Made by a program: the position numbers and the translations under genes
Shown here: one piece after another, positions 42,601 through 50,998 of the stretch
Numbering within the stretch: position 1 is the stretch's first letter
Layout: each line of letters begins with the position of its first letter
IMG/VR virus record: IMGVR_UViG_3300030098_005194
Span: 38,397 to 102,396 of that record
Length of the DNA: 64,000 nucleotides
Origin: a virus
Reading direction: 5' to 3' (one strand)
The notes under the pieces: generated by a model
The model's database searches: none
The model's input: the letters and a program-made list of their open reading frames with translations, nothing else
Told to the model about the DNA's origin: nothing

Positions 42601-44881
42601 CTGTTTTGGTTCCGAACTCATGATATTGATTCCTATGTATACCTCTTTTTCTACCATCTTTAGACCTTAGAAAACCAACACTGTCTCTGGTTATTTCAGC
42701 TCTTGGGTTCCTGCTCCTTGACCAGAAGGTAGTGGCTCTTGGCGTGAGTGAATGAGCGGTATCGCTACCATTAGCCCTGTTTCTTGGTTTTTTGTCACCT
42801 AAATCTACATGACTGGTACCCAAGCTCTGGTCGTGCATGCTCATTATCTCGGCAGGACTGAAGCTCTCGCCTCTCTCTCTGACAACGTGGTGCATGGCGC
42901 CCAAGAAGCCCGACATGTCTGGTCTGGGTACGAAGAAGCCATTCTCATCCATTTCGCCAAACAAACCCGGTGCGATACTATTCAGCATGTCAAAGAAAGT
43001 AGTGGATTCCATGGGATTGCTACCAACCTGCAAGTCATGTGCCCAGTAATCAGATAGTCCTCTCAAAGTCCCATTTTTCTCTATGAAGTGATTTCTTATT
43101 TCTTCGGGTGCATCCCTTATGTCCGGGCCCGCACTCTTGGCGAACACGGCATTGGCATTGGCTATGTCCTTGCTGTCACGAGCTAGTGACATTCCATCTC
43201 TATACATCTCCTCTAACTGGTTGATGTAGTCATCTGCCTTCATGTTCTCATGAGCGAGGGGCTTTTTACCCTCGTCAGTTAGAAGCTCAGAGAGGGGATG
43301 CTCCTTCAGATGCTTCTTCAACTGGGGTATGGTGAAATTACTAACGGGAGCATAATCCTCTACCCTCAAAACTTCTCTAAGAGCCTCCTTCTCATCCATT
43401 CCTTTTTCTATTCGCTCGTCTATTGCATCTCGTATTTTCTTAGTGCGTTTTTCGCCATAGATGGGTATGTGTGTTAATTTTTGGTCGCCCTGTAATTCTA
43501 GTAGCTCATTATAATGGTTCAATAAGGAGTCGAACATGTTTCCATGTACCCCATGGTCTATTTTTGCTAATAGACTACGAATTGGCTCCGTTTCACTACC
43601 AGTGTACTCTGTGCCATCCAGCTCATCGCTTTCCAAGTGTTTAGCTAGATTGGGCTGTCCCCGGTTATGGGGCATTTGGCTGTGGAGATACAAAGGCGTC
43701 ATTCTCTTCTGAAAGTTTCTCCTTAGTCTTCCAAGTGGTATTTCAGTGCCATCATCGAGCTTTATCTTGTCGCTTGTGTTTCCCTTGTTCTCCTTAAGAT
43801 GCTCTATGACTTTGGTTCTCTCAACAGGACTGAGCCATTCCAAGCCAAGGCCATATCCAAGAAGTCCAAGTCTGTGTGGGTGTTGCCTCTCAGTAGGAAC
43901 CTTTCTCTGAACGCTCTCTGCTACGCGAGAGCCCTCTTGTCTCTCCCCTGCTCTTTTGGGAAAAAGCTTGCTATAGATGTCATCATATTCTATTTTTTCT
44001 TCTTCAAAATTTCTACCCTGCCATAATTCAGCTGCTTTCTCAAGGTGCATTTCCCTGATATCCTTATCAGAGGCGCCTTGGGATTTAGCCTTGTCAATCA
44101 TCTCTTGATTTTGACTTGACCACTTTGTGAAAGCCCTCTCATACAGACCCTCTTGAAAAGCACCAGAAGTACCTACTTGCTCAGAAATGGTTCTATTTGA
44201 GTCGTTGGTGGTTAACCTGCCTAAGAAACCATGGGTAATCTCATCATCCATATCAGCTCTTTTTGATTTTCTGATTTGGCCTATGATTATCGGATTACGT
44301 AAATTATCGTAATGTGTCTCATGTGCCCTCTCCGCATCAGCATGCGAGGATGCAACGCTGTTTCCATCGTCGTCTTTTCTGACATAACCCAAGAGTTTCT
44401 CAACCATTCTAGAATTACCAGTAGAGCTGTTCTTCTTGCGTAGTGGGTGTATCGATTCATGGAAATGATGATGTTTGTAATTGCTATCACCGGGAACGAC
44501 CCTTGGGAAGAGCGAGGAAGCTAGCTCGATATTCTCATTGTCAATTAACTCATTCACATGCCTGTGGCTGGCAACAGCGGGACCAACAGTTCTTCTGCTT
44601 ATTCTGCCTTTTTTGTCGTAGTCATACCCCTCATCAGCACGCCCGCCAAACGCTAGCTCTGCTGAGAGGTCACCGATGGTTTTTTTGTACAACAACATCG
44701 TGCTGGCTTCATAGCAGAAATCATCAACAGGGTTGTTCTGTAATATCATTTCCTTATTCATTATGTTTCGTAGACTATCCATGTAGGCAGTAGCCTCTTC
44801 AGTGTAATCATCACAAGAAACTATGCTCTTGAGTAAATCATCCCTAGCGCGAAGATGAATGACATAATCGTTCTCTTGCAC
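39671..44881 (-). CDS. 1736-aa putative internal head polyprotein with degenerate ATP-dependent DNA ligase domain near C-terminus
   Basis: EWVVSVMEEGTR / YVMDAVL / HIFDIMHYD / ERIKLL / LLLRDAKSTY / KW align with ligase motifs I, III, IIIa, IV, V; lies between portal and protease. Confidence 0.75.
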   Translation of the reverse strand: MQENDYVIHLRARDDLLKSIVSCDDYTEEATAYMDSLRNIMNKEMILQNNPVDDFCYEASTMLLYKKTIGDLSAELAFGGRADEGYDYDKKGRISRRTVGPAVASHRHVNELIDNENIELASSLFPRVVPGDSNYKHHHFHESIHPLRKKNSSTGNSRMVEKLLGYVRKDDDGNSVASSHADAERAHETHYDNLRNPIIIGQIRKSKRADMDDEITHGFLGRLTTNDSNRTISEQVGTSGAFQEGLYERAFTKWSSQNQEMIDKAKSQGASDKDIREMHLEKAAELWQGRNFEEEKIEYDDIYSKLFPKRAGERQEGSRVAESVQRKVPTERQHPHRLGLLGYGLGLEWLSPVERTKVIEHLKENKGNTSDKIKLDDGTEIPLGRLRRNFQKRMTPLYLHSQMPHNRGQPNLAKHLESDELDGTEYTGSETEPIRSLLAKIDHGVHGNMFDSLLNHYNELLELQGDQKLTHIPIYGEKRTKKIRDAIDERIEKGMDEKEALREVLRVEDYAPVSNFTIPQLKKHLKEHPLSELLTDEGKKPLAHENMKADDYINQLEEMYRDGMSLARDSKDIANANAVFAKSAGPDIRDAPEEIRNHFIEKNGTLRGLSDYWAHDLQVGSNPMESTTFFDMLNSIAPGLFGEMDENGFFVPRPDMSGFLGAMHHVVRERGESFSPAEIMSMHDQSLGTSHVDLGDKKPRNRANGSDTAHSLTPRATTFWSRSRNPRAEITRDSVGFLRSKDGRKRGIHRNQYHEFGTKTGNTKSEALDSKKAHNSSEIMREYLMSGAQYKFGSIDPNTGRRRLGSPVMRIPVNEMLEGKHGFPFENDGEGGYSAFEKALFALGGSLGIEDTKRIAELQSELEEIELSGEDASQELIDELKGRIHTQQSNLRAKLNSFNKDTLVQKERRAEAEERARMEVAKNITIPAMLEINPNLFDPNNPEQTVADLSQAMHDAELIMKHMPHSFHGQSIRDIMIGDAVDEQTIDAMVGGDMFRRKANVLEKEGTLLSFPESGKVEDMHVTASLIGMGLPYDNPGYREYMRELLESLEGKPAHYAMTTAQLAAHANEDFHLFDDDGMKDDPMRAHELMEDELKRYRGQIRGLKLPDNHKNDFNNNNEHYNSINNNYMKLSMAHKGNTAIQHGLSLSNLPKDIHGNEDKGKGAERLRYEWAMARAKRKANSLVLFNPEARVAAPTPPPAMPEGQMTLDQFGDTGTNLKRPIKMGDAKIGPVTNPNSDAIIGSRYTSAGLQLQMSMELPAPSASLNLGYDGNMEYGTNTSAGPAVPPSEPVIKELMEHFQEGSYNQMDAYFQVNGVNEAMLPSTTSNMERVSESNPMSGLQVPHEIAKSLPKEMPLIEPYHKIFDMEDLQELRGFTGEWVVSVMEEGTRVKVTRKSNRIEVKDDDNEDVGTSDGMRSSLRKIGKNNYVMDAVLNSSGLHIFDIMHYDDTDVTDMPTRERIKLLRGQFDSNEDVFVPGPFNLKVTDDDGLSDAIKFLQRENKGSKLLLRDAKSTYMKGEEKHPKWILMTKSDDDYHVPFGMEIDGEVFILHFDHDILKYDIVEDSLENPRSALGGLKDRDYTMILAKSLEKYWEPAFQQMLKAEKRKIKEIVEEDEDDKEEDEGISEEDAKRIGRQSGGVLKPNEDQNILLKPSTLEALEKIEKILDTLEKGHFPMTAGKGLGVDVGSDIDSPRGPTKLANEATLPDYDMKERPEQDPEKPEDYPKRKKIASRSNDS

Positions 44882-44890
44882 TCATACCAC

Positions 44891-45040
44891 CTACGCCCCC
44901 ATGATTTGGCTAGTACGGATGGGACAATCCGCTACACTACCTCCCCTATTAATGGGAGACTGACAGCCGGTTTGCGATGTGCCACCACAAGGGCAAGCCA
45001 ACATGGAGGCCACCGCCTTTCTGACTGCCACCCTTGGCAA
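44891..45040 (-). CDS. 49-aa Cys4 microprotein missed by ORF track (MPRVAVRK|AVASMLACPCGGTSQTGCQSPINRGGSVADCPIRTSQIMGA)
   Basis: TTG start with GGAGGG SD; fills the intergenic gap exactly; VxVRK leader. Confidence 0.65.
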   Translation of the reverse strand: MPRVAVRKAVASMLACPCGGTSQTGCQSPINRGGSVADCPIRTSQIMGA

Positions 45041-45042
45041 TA

Positions 45043-45768
45043 TTATCCCTCCGTGAGATGTCCTCTTACTGGGTTCTCATGGGGATTCATGTTTGGCTGA
45101 AGAGCAGTTAAGTCAACTGAATGACTAGAAGCGCCCTTGTTTGCTACATCATCAGAATCTAATAAGGATTGATTAGTGTAGTAGAATGAATTGTATGTTT
45201 GGCCACCAGTCTCTATCATAAATTGGGCATGCTCTGGTTTTGTACCATAGCTTTGTAAATAATGATGTTCACCTTTCTTGAGTTTCTCGTTTTGTTTTCT
45301 ATGTGCCGGTGTGCAACCTGCTTTCATGGCTTTTGATGAGGTTGACATACACATTCCTTTCTCCATGTCCATCTTCCTCTCGCCACAAGACGGGCATATT
45401 CCCATGCCCTTTCCTTTTTGCAGACCATCCATTAAGACTACATCTCCATGTGGTGATATTTTTACGTTGTTCATTTTATCAATGACCTTTTTACACTCTG
45501 CTTTGGAAACTCCGCACTCTTTTGCGCAATCATCTAAGCTAGCTGCACCACCTTTTCTCTTAAGACAAGAGATAATTTTAGCCTCATGTCCCTCACCCTT
45601 TTTCTTTTCATCCTTACTGCCTTTTCCGTCAGCAGCAAAATGTGGAACTTTCTTTCCATCATGTTCAACCATCTCAAGTTTTTCTGCTTTCTCAAGAAGT
45701 CTCACGGCTTTCTTTAACATTTCACTGACTTCATATGAAGCCTCACTGGGTATTGGTCTTACTACCAT
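45043..45768 (-). CDS. multi-module head protein (KKVPHFAADGKG motif, winged-helix, CxxC)
   Basis: wHTH-like EAKIISCLKRKGGAASLDDCAKECGVS...; modules separated by xLxK|A/G sites. Confidence 0.6.
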   Translation of the reverse strand: MVVRPIPSEASYEVSEMLKKAVRLLEKAEKLEMVEHDGKKVPHFAADGKGSKDEKKKGEGHEAKIISCLKRKGGAASLDDCAKECGVSKAECKKVIDKMNNVKISPHGDVVLMDGLQKGKGMGICPSCGERKMDMEKGMCMSTSSKAMKAGCTPAHRKQNEKLKKGEHHYLQSYGTKPEHAQFMIETGGQTYNSFYYTNQSLLDSDDVANKGASSHSVDLTALQPNMNPHENPVRGHLTEG

Positions 45769-46100
45769 TAGTACATCTCCTGTGTGGTTTGATGTTGGGA
45801 AGCCATCTCATGAATCTCCTCCCAACTCATCTCATGAATTTCCTCATTTGTAAATTCATTTTGAGAATTGCTCTTCAAGATGTTGCTTTCAGCTTCAAGG
45901 TCACCTCTAAAACCATCAACCATCAAATCCTCAGTATGTGGTGTTCTCATAGCGACGTAACCAGCCTTCCTGAGTAGTGCGTTTGGTGAATTAACCGTTC
46001 CTTCTAATCTAGATAATTTAGCATCCATTTCTTCCATTTTTCTTATGAGCGTCTGCATGAGTTTCTGAGCAGTGCCTTCGTCGGTTGCTTCTTCACTCAT
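45768..46100 (-). CDS. small scaffold-like protein
   Basis: N-terminal coiled coil; C-terminal MSWEEIH matches the protease/scaffold MSWDEVH. Confidence 0.6.
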   Translation of the reverse strand: MSEEATDEGTAQKLMQTLIRKMEEMDAKLSRLEGTVNSPNALLRKAGYVAMRTPHTEDLMVDGFRGDLEAESNILKSNSQNEFTNEEIHEMSWEEIHEMASQHQTTQEMY

Positions 46101-46109
46101 TCAAAACAC

Positions 46110-46469
46110 CTACTGGGACCAGCGACCAAAAGTTCCAGAGACGTTTCTCATTGTGGGATTAGTTCTAGAGGGTATAATTGTACCCTTTAGAACTCTGTTC
46201 CTTTCAGCGGGGTCAAAAGTTGAGCCACTTTCATTGAACTTGATTACAGGCACTCCAGCAGCAAACTGGTCAACCCCTTCAGGTTCTGGCGTTTCCTCAG
46301 ATTTTCTGATTTCATTAGTCAAGTCATCTTGAAGGAAATCTGCATACTTTGAAATCTCATTCAAGTGAAATCTTGAACTAGCAGAATCATCAGCTTCCAA
46401 AGCCTTGTTCAACTCGTCCATGTGCAGACTCATTTTTCTAGCCATTGGGTCCATTTTACTCAAGTCCAT
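46110..46469 (-). CDS. hypothetical head protein
   Basis: Downstream of conserved promoter; EIRK|SE site. Confidence 0.6.
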   Translation of the reverse strand: MDLSKMDPMARKMSLHMDELNKALEADDSASSRFHLNEISKYADFLQDDLTNEIRKSEETPEPEGVDQFAAGVPVIKFNESGSTFDPAERNRVLKGTIIPSRTNPTMRNVSGTFGRWSQ

Positions 46470-46501
46470 GTCTGTACCTCGCTGTACCCACTAAAGCACC
46501 T

Positions 46502-46518
46502 CTATATCAATTAAGCGC
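46502..46518 (-). promoter_or_regulatory. putative late promoter GCGCTTAATTGATATAG
   Basis: Identical to 39631-39647; 32 nt upstream of ATG 46469. Confidence 0.65.
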
Positions 46519-48268
46519 CTCTTGGACGGGAAGCAGATGATATTCTCTGTTGGTTTCTCTGCGCTGGTGACAATGGTGGTCCTCTCTGCTGAACACTGGT
46601 ATTAGGACTACCAATGCCAAAAGAGCCTCTCATCTCAGGTCTTGCTGGTCCTCTATTACGTATGCCCACTCCTTGACCACCGGGATTAGGCGAAGGCATT
46701 GGAGGAGCCACACCCGGAGGCATATTTGTTACAGCCGAGTTCATTGGCATGCCGGGTGGCACTCCGGGTGGCATACCGGGTGGCATACCGGGTGGAATGC
46801 TGAGAGGCATACCGGGTCCTCCGGGTGGAGCCCCAGCTTGAGGTTGCTGTAATTTACTATAAACAAACCGTATATCTCTATTTCCAGTGCCCTCTTCTAA
46901 GAGTTCAGGTTGATAACCCAACATCATCATTCTCTGTGCGAGGTTGACTTCCATCTCATCTCTTCTGAGTCTGGTAATCTCATCCTCTTCCTCGTTTGGA
47001 TAGAGAGTTATTTTCCAATCAGTAACCCCGAACTGCTTTAACAATCTAGGGAATAGGATTTCGGTATACACTTTCTGACCAAACTCAACGGCTCTGTTAG
47101 TAACAAGTATCTGCATACCCTCGTTGTTCAGACCACCGCTCTTTCCGTTGTCTATCATGAAAACGTTACTCACGCCAAAGAAAGCAGACATCCTAGCACG
47201 AATTTCATCTCTTACAGCTATGTATTGCATCTCATCCAAAGTATCCATGAACTTGACCCAATTCACTCCACCCCTACCAGTGGAAGATTCAATACCTACC
47301 TTTGGTACATAATGAGGGTCCCTCTCCATTTTCTCATCGACTGCTTTCCAGAAAGATTTCATTGATTCCAGATTATCCGTAGTCACTGATATGATACCCT
47401 TTGGCATTCTTCTCTTCTGGTAAGCAGTATACATGTAATTGTCCATAGCCGTCAAAGTCATCGCTTGACGCCACATGGTGTTGACAGGACTTCTACCATA
47501 GAGTCTAGATGGATTGTACTTACTAATGTGTATGACTTCACCCTCTACGTAATACTGGGTCTTTCCACTTCCAGCCATATTGACATAGTGAACGTCCTGT
47601 AACTTGTTGCCACAAACTTCACAATTCTCATGTTGACCGGGATAAGCAACTTGGTCACGATGTAAAGGACAGACCTTGTATCTGCCACCGCGAATACCAC
47701 GCTTATCAGATACAATTCTCATGAATATAGGGTCACCTCTCATGACTTCCTTTATTCTGTAAAACATTATTTCGCCGGTTTCAGGGTCAACATTGTACTC
47801 CTTAATTAAAATGAGAAAAGCATCATCGACAACATTCAAGTCTCTTTCAATTTCATATAAAACATGTATGAAAGGCTGTTCCATGGAATTCTCTTGTTTC
47901 AAGACCCACTTTGGATACAACAACTGGTCTACGTCTGGCTCCCTCACTTCACCTCCGCACAATTTACACTGTACAACTGAATCACTATATTCTTCATGAC
48001 AATTAGTGCATTTGTATTGGAATGCTTTCTCCCAATAGTAGCCTCTTCTAAAAATCTCTTGAGTGAGTTTTGAGACTATGGTTCTCAAAACTAAGTTTTC
48101 ATTGGTGACTGCGTAAAGAGCTGGTAAAGTAATACCCTGAGCCATTACAGGTTCTTGTATGCCAGTCGTGTAGAGAGGCATGGTTGGCTCAGGTGTCTGA
48201 CGCCTACGGAACCTATCACCAAGACTGTAAAGAAAATTGGCTATTCTACCATTATCCTCATCTGCCAT
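46511..48268 (-). CDS. portal protein with two Zn-binding insertions and Pro/Gly-rich tail
   Basis: DL.V.DDAF, EVIH...YGRSP, MPKGII, FGVS motifs; likely start MADED at 48268. Confidence 0.85.
   Translation of the reverse strand: MADEDNGRIANFLYSLGDRFRRRQTPEPTMPLYTTGIQEPVMAQGITLPALYAVTNENLVLRTIVSKLTQEIFRRGYYWEKAFQYKCTNCHEEYSDSVVQCKLCGGEVREPDVDQLLYPKWVLKQENSMEQPFIHVLYEIERDLNVVDDAFLILIKEYNVDPETGEIMFYRIKEVMRGDPIFMRIVSDKRGIRGGRYKVCPLHRDQVAYPGQHENCEVCGNKLQDVHYVNMAGSGKTQYYVEGEVIHISKYNPSRLYGRSPVNTMWRQAMTLTAMDNYMYTAYQKRRMPKGIISVTTDNLESMKSFWKAVDEKMERDPHYVPKVGIESSTGRGGVNWVKFMDTLDEMQYIAVRDEIRARMSAFFGVSNVFMIDNGKSGGLNNEGMQILVTNRAVEFGQKVYTEILFPRLLKQFGVTDWKITLYPNEEEDEITRLRRDEMEVNLAQRMMMLGYQPELLEEGTGNRDIRFVYSKLQQPQAGAPPGGPGMPLSIPPGMPPGMPPGVPPGMPMNSAVTNMPPGVAPPMPSPNPGGQGVGIRNRGPARPEMRGSFGIGSPNTSVQQRGPPLSPAQRNQQRISSASRPRGA
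46746..46830. repeat. PPG(M/V) tandem repeats in portal C-terminus
   Basis: ggcataccgggt units. Confidence 0.8.
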
Positions 48269-49428
48269 CACAATCCCTCCTGCCATTTAGCCACAGCGTC
48301 TACGTCTACTCCCCACTCTGCGAGTAGCGACTCGGCTTTTGTTGTATCGTCACTCCAGTTGCTGTACTTAACGAGCTTCTTTAGTTCCTCTTTTCTCATG
48401 GTATCAGATTCATCTATGTATGCTAAGACTGCTTTTGCTTGAGTTTTCTTCATCTCCAAGTGTGGCATCAAAGCAGTTAGCAACTTCTTAATGTCACTTT
48501 TTGAGTAGAATTGTAATCTATGTTGACTTCTTTGACCATCTTTGTATATTTTCTGGTCCAACTGTAACACGCCGCAACCCAGTGTTTTTCTCAGATGCTC
48601 GCAGTGCGCTCTACCTCTAGTACCAGTAGCTATGAAACCAGCTCTAGGTTCGCCTCTCCCAGTGATAGTGATGTAGCCATCAGCATCCAAAAAACCACTG
48701 GCATACGCAAATGGGTCCTTTAGAATCAAACCAGTAGAGTCCATCTTCACAAAAGTGGAGCGAGTTGCACCACTCATGATGTCTACTTCTTCTCCATACA
48801 TACTAAGGAGCTTGGAAAGTTTCATTGGTGTCATTGTTTTGTGTAGAATATTTTTTTCATGTAGATTCTCAAATATTGAGCGAGCAGTCATAGGACCCAT
48901 TTTTTGTAATAATTCAGAGCTTTTATGCAAAGCAGTGGCTTCCTTATCAGTAAGTCTTTCCATCTGATGTAAGGTGTTCTTCCACATGAGTCTAGCATCA
49001 GCTCTTTCTTCCATGGCTTTGACCCAAGAATCTTTTTCATCATCACCCCAAACACCTTCGTGTTTTTCCAACATGCTTATTATTTCGTCAGACTTCTTCC
49101 ACTGATTACAGGCTCTAATTAGGTTGACTTGCCTTACATCGCCAAACTTTCTAAGAGCCTTCATATCTTTTTCACTTGGTGAGAAGGAGCGAACCACATC
49201 TGTGTAATTTCCTATCCAATCGTACATGTCAAGAGTTTTCTCAAACTCCAGAGCTTTGATTACACGAATGTCATTTATGATGTCATCAATTTCGTGTTTT
49301 TGTTGCTTATTGTATCTTCTTGATTTTCTCAATCTTTTGACTATATCAGAGGCGGTACAACCTAAGTGTGTCTCAAACCAACCCTCGCCTGTATTTGAGA
49401 AAAGCTCGTTCAATATTCTCACATCCAA
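48268..49428 (-). CDS. LAGLIDADG homing-endonuclease-domain protein with long N-terminal extension
   Basis: FAYASGFLDADGYITI; C-terminal LMPHLEMKKTQA typical of single-motif LAGLIDADG. Confidence 0.8.
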   Translation of the reverse strand: MDVRILNELFSNTGEGWFETHLGCTASDIVKRLRKSRRYNKQQKHEIDDIINDIRVIKALEFEKTLDMYDWIGNYTDVVRSFSPSEKDMKALRKFGDVRQVNLIRACNQWKKSDEIISMLEKHEGVWGDDEKDSWVKAMEERADARLMWKNTLHQMERLTDKEATALHKSSELLQKMGPMTARSIFENLHEKNILHKTMTPMKLSKLLSMYGEEVDIMSGATRSTFVKMDSTGLILKDPFAYASGFLDADGYITITGRGEPRAGFIATGTRGRAHCEHLRKTLGCGVLQLDQKIYKDGQRSQHRLQFYSKSDIKKLLTALMPHLEMKKTQAKAVLAYIDESDTMRKEELKKLVKYSNWSDDTTKAESLLAEWGVDVDAVAKWQEGL

Positions 49429-49518
49429 AAGGTTCTATTTTCATCATTATCCTTCTCTATGTAAGTGGTATTATTGTACCAATTACCGTCGTCTTCAGTG
49501 GTCACCATAACAAATCCC

Positions 49519-50994
49519 TCACGGCACCATCCACCCGCTGGATTTAGAGTTACCGTCAAACCAGCCGTCAAAGTTCTCCATTACATCATCAAGAAGAACA
49601 ACCGAGCCCTTGAACTCCTTAGTTGCCCAGTTAGCGAGAGCCAACCCCATAGCCAAGTCGTCATGAGTGCCAACACTTTCAAGTCGGCCATTTTTCTGCA
49701 TACCAAACCTATTGAGTTCTTGCTCAAGTTGATGAGTGAATTTGCGGCTCTTTTCATCACCATATGGAGTTTTAATATGGCCTTGCTCAAAGGCTAAAAG
49801 AAGTGACATGAAAAGCGATTCCTTTCTTGTTCTAGTAGTCATGAAAACTTTGATTGGCATGTCAGAAGCCATCTCCCTCATCTCAGCTTCAAGCATTCTT
49901 TGGAAGTTATTTCCCTCAAGTTCTATCAAATCAGGCTGGAACTTATTGTTTAGAATGACCATCATTCTTTTCTGAGCCATTGATGACATACCTCTCTCAT
50001 GCACAGCGTGTATTATCTGCTTATGTGGTTCATTAGGTAACATTCTGAGAACTACCATTGCTGTGAAATCTGCGTTTTTATCCGATGATATTGCGGGGTC
50101 ATGTCCTATGAAGTGTTGACCAAAGACACCATTAGGCTCTCCTTCCTCGTTGTATTCTGTGTCGGCTCTTTCAAGCAACACCAAGTCATTGTCACGAGCA
50201 AGCTCAAGTATGTCCATTGGAAACATACTCGCAACATCGTGAATCGGCTCGCATAGATACTCACGGCTGAATTGTATAGCTGGCATGGAGAGTCTTCTTT
50301 GTTCTAGAGCCTCCAAGTCCCAACGCTCAGGCCAAAGTGCGACTCCCTCTCTGTTTATGGCCGGGTAAGTCTCGACTGTGAAAGTCTCCTTCTGCTCCAA
50401 CTCAGCGTACAAGTCGTTGTAGCTAAATGGCGTTCCGACCATCATTAGTCTGGAGCTGTGGTGGAGAACTGGGAGAAGAACACCGTAGAACCAGTCTGCG
50501 GTTCTTTGTAGTTCGGTTCCGCTTGTGCCCCAAAGAATATCGTCACACACAACTACATCTGGGTGGAAACCACGAGTTGCTCCACCAACGGACTTTGCCA
50601 TTATACGAGAGCCGTTTGTAAACTCAAAGTATGATTTAGCCCAAGGTTTGCCTTGTGGTTTGAGGTGTCTGAGAACATCCGAACTCTCTATGTTGTTACG
50701 AATGAATCTCATATGCTCAAGAGTTTGCTCAAGGGAGTGAGAGAATATCATGATGTGAGTACCGGGGTTGAATGCAGCTAACCACAAAGCGTAAGACATG
50801 AAAAACACGGATTTGCCGTGGTCACGAGAAGCCTTGACGCAGTAGTATTGGTTCTCATCAAGGCCCTTTCCCCAAGACTCATGATGATGATTGTAGAGAA
50901 ACTCAAGAACATCAGTGAAAAAATACCTGAAGGACTTCTTGGACATCTCCCTATCCATCTCAAGGACGAACTCTTTCATGTCCTCCTTGACCAA
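49519..50994 (-). CDS. terL: terminase large subunit
   Basis: Walker A ASRDHGKS, Walker B VVVCDD, VGTP motif, nuclease GHDPA and HDDLAM. Confidence 0.95.
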   Translation of the reverse strand: MVKEDMKEFVLEMDREMSKKSFRYFFTDVLEFLYNHHHESWGKGLDENQYYCVKASRDHGKSVFFMSYALWLAAFNPGTHIMIFSHSLEQTLEHMRFIRNNIESSDVLRHLKPQGKPWAKSYFEFTNGSRIMAKSVGGATRGFHPDVVVCDDILWGTSGTELQRTADWFYGVLLPVLHHSSRLMMVGTPFSYNDLYAELEQKETFTVETYPAINREGVALWPERWDLEALEQRRLSMPAIQFSREYLCEPIHDVASMFPMDILELARDNDLVLLERADTEYNEEGEPNGVFGQHFIGHDPAISSDKNADFTAMVVLRMLPNEPHKQIIHAVHERGMSSMAQKRMMVILNNKFQPDLIELEGNNFQRMLEAEMREMASDMPIKVFMTTRTRKESLFMSLLLAFEQGHIKTPYGDEKSRKFTHQLEQELNRFGMQKNGRLESVGTHDDLAMGLALANWATKEFKGSVVLLDDVMENFDGWFDGNSKSSGWMVP

Positions 50995-50998
50995 TTAA

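Noticed and set aside
39671-44881. Annotation as a functional DNA ligase
   Set aside because: Catalytic Lys and other motif residues are missing
48268-50994. Intein- or intron-split terminase
   Set aside because: TerL is complete with ATPase and nuclease motifs; the LAGLIDADG ORF lacks intein terminal residues
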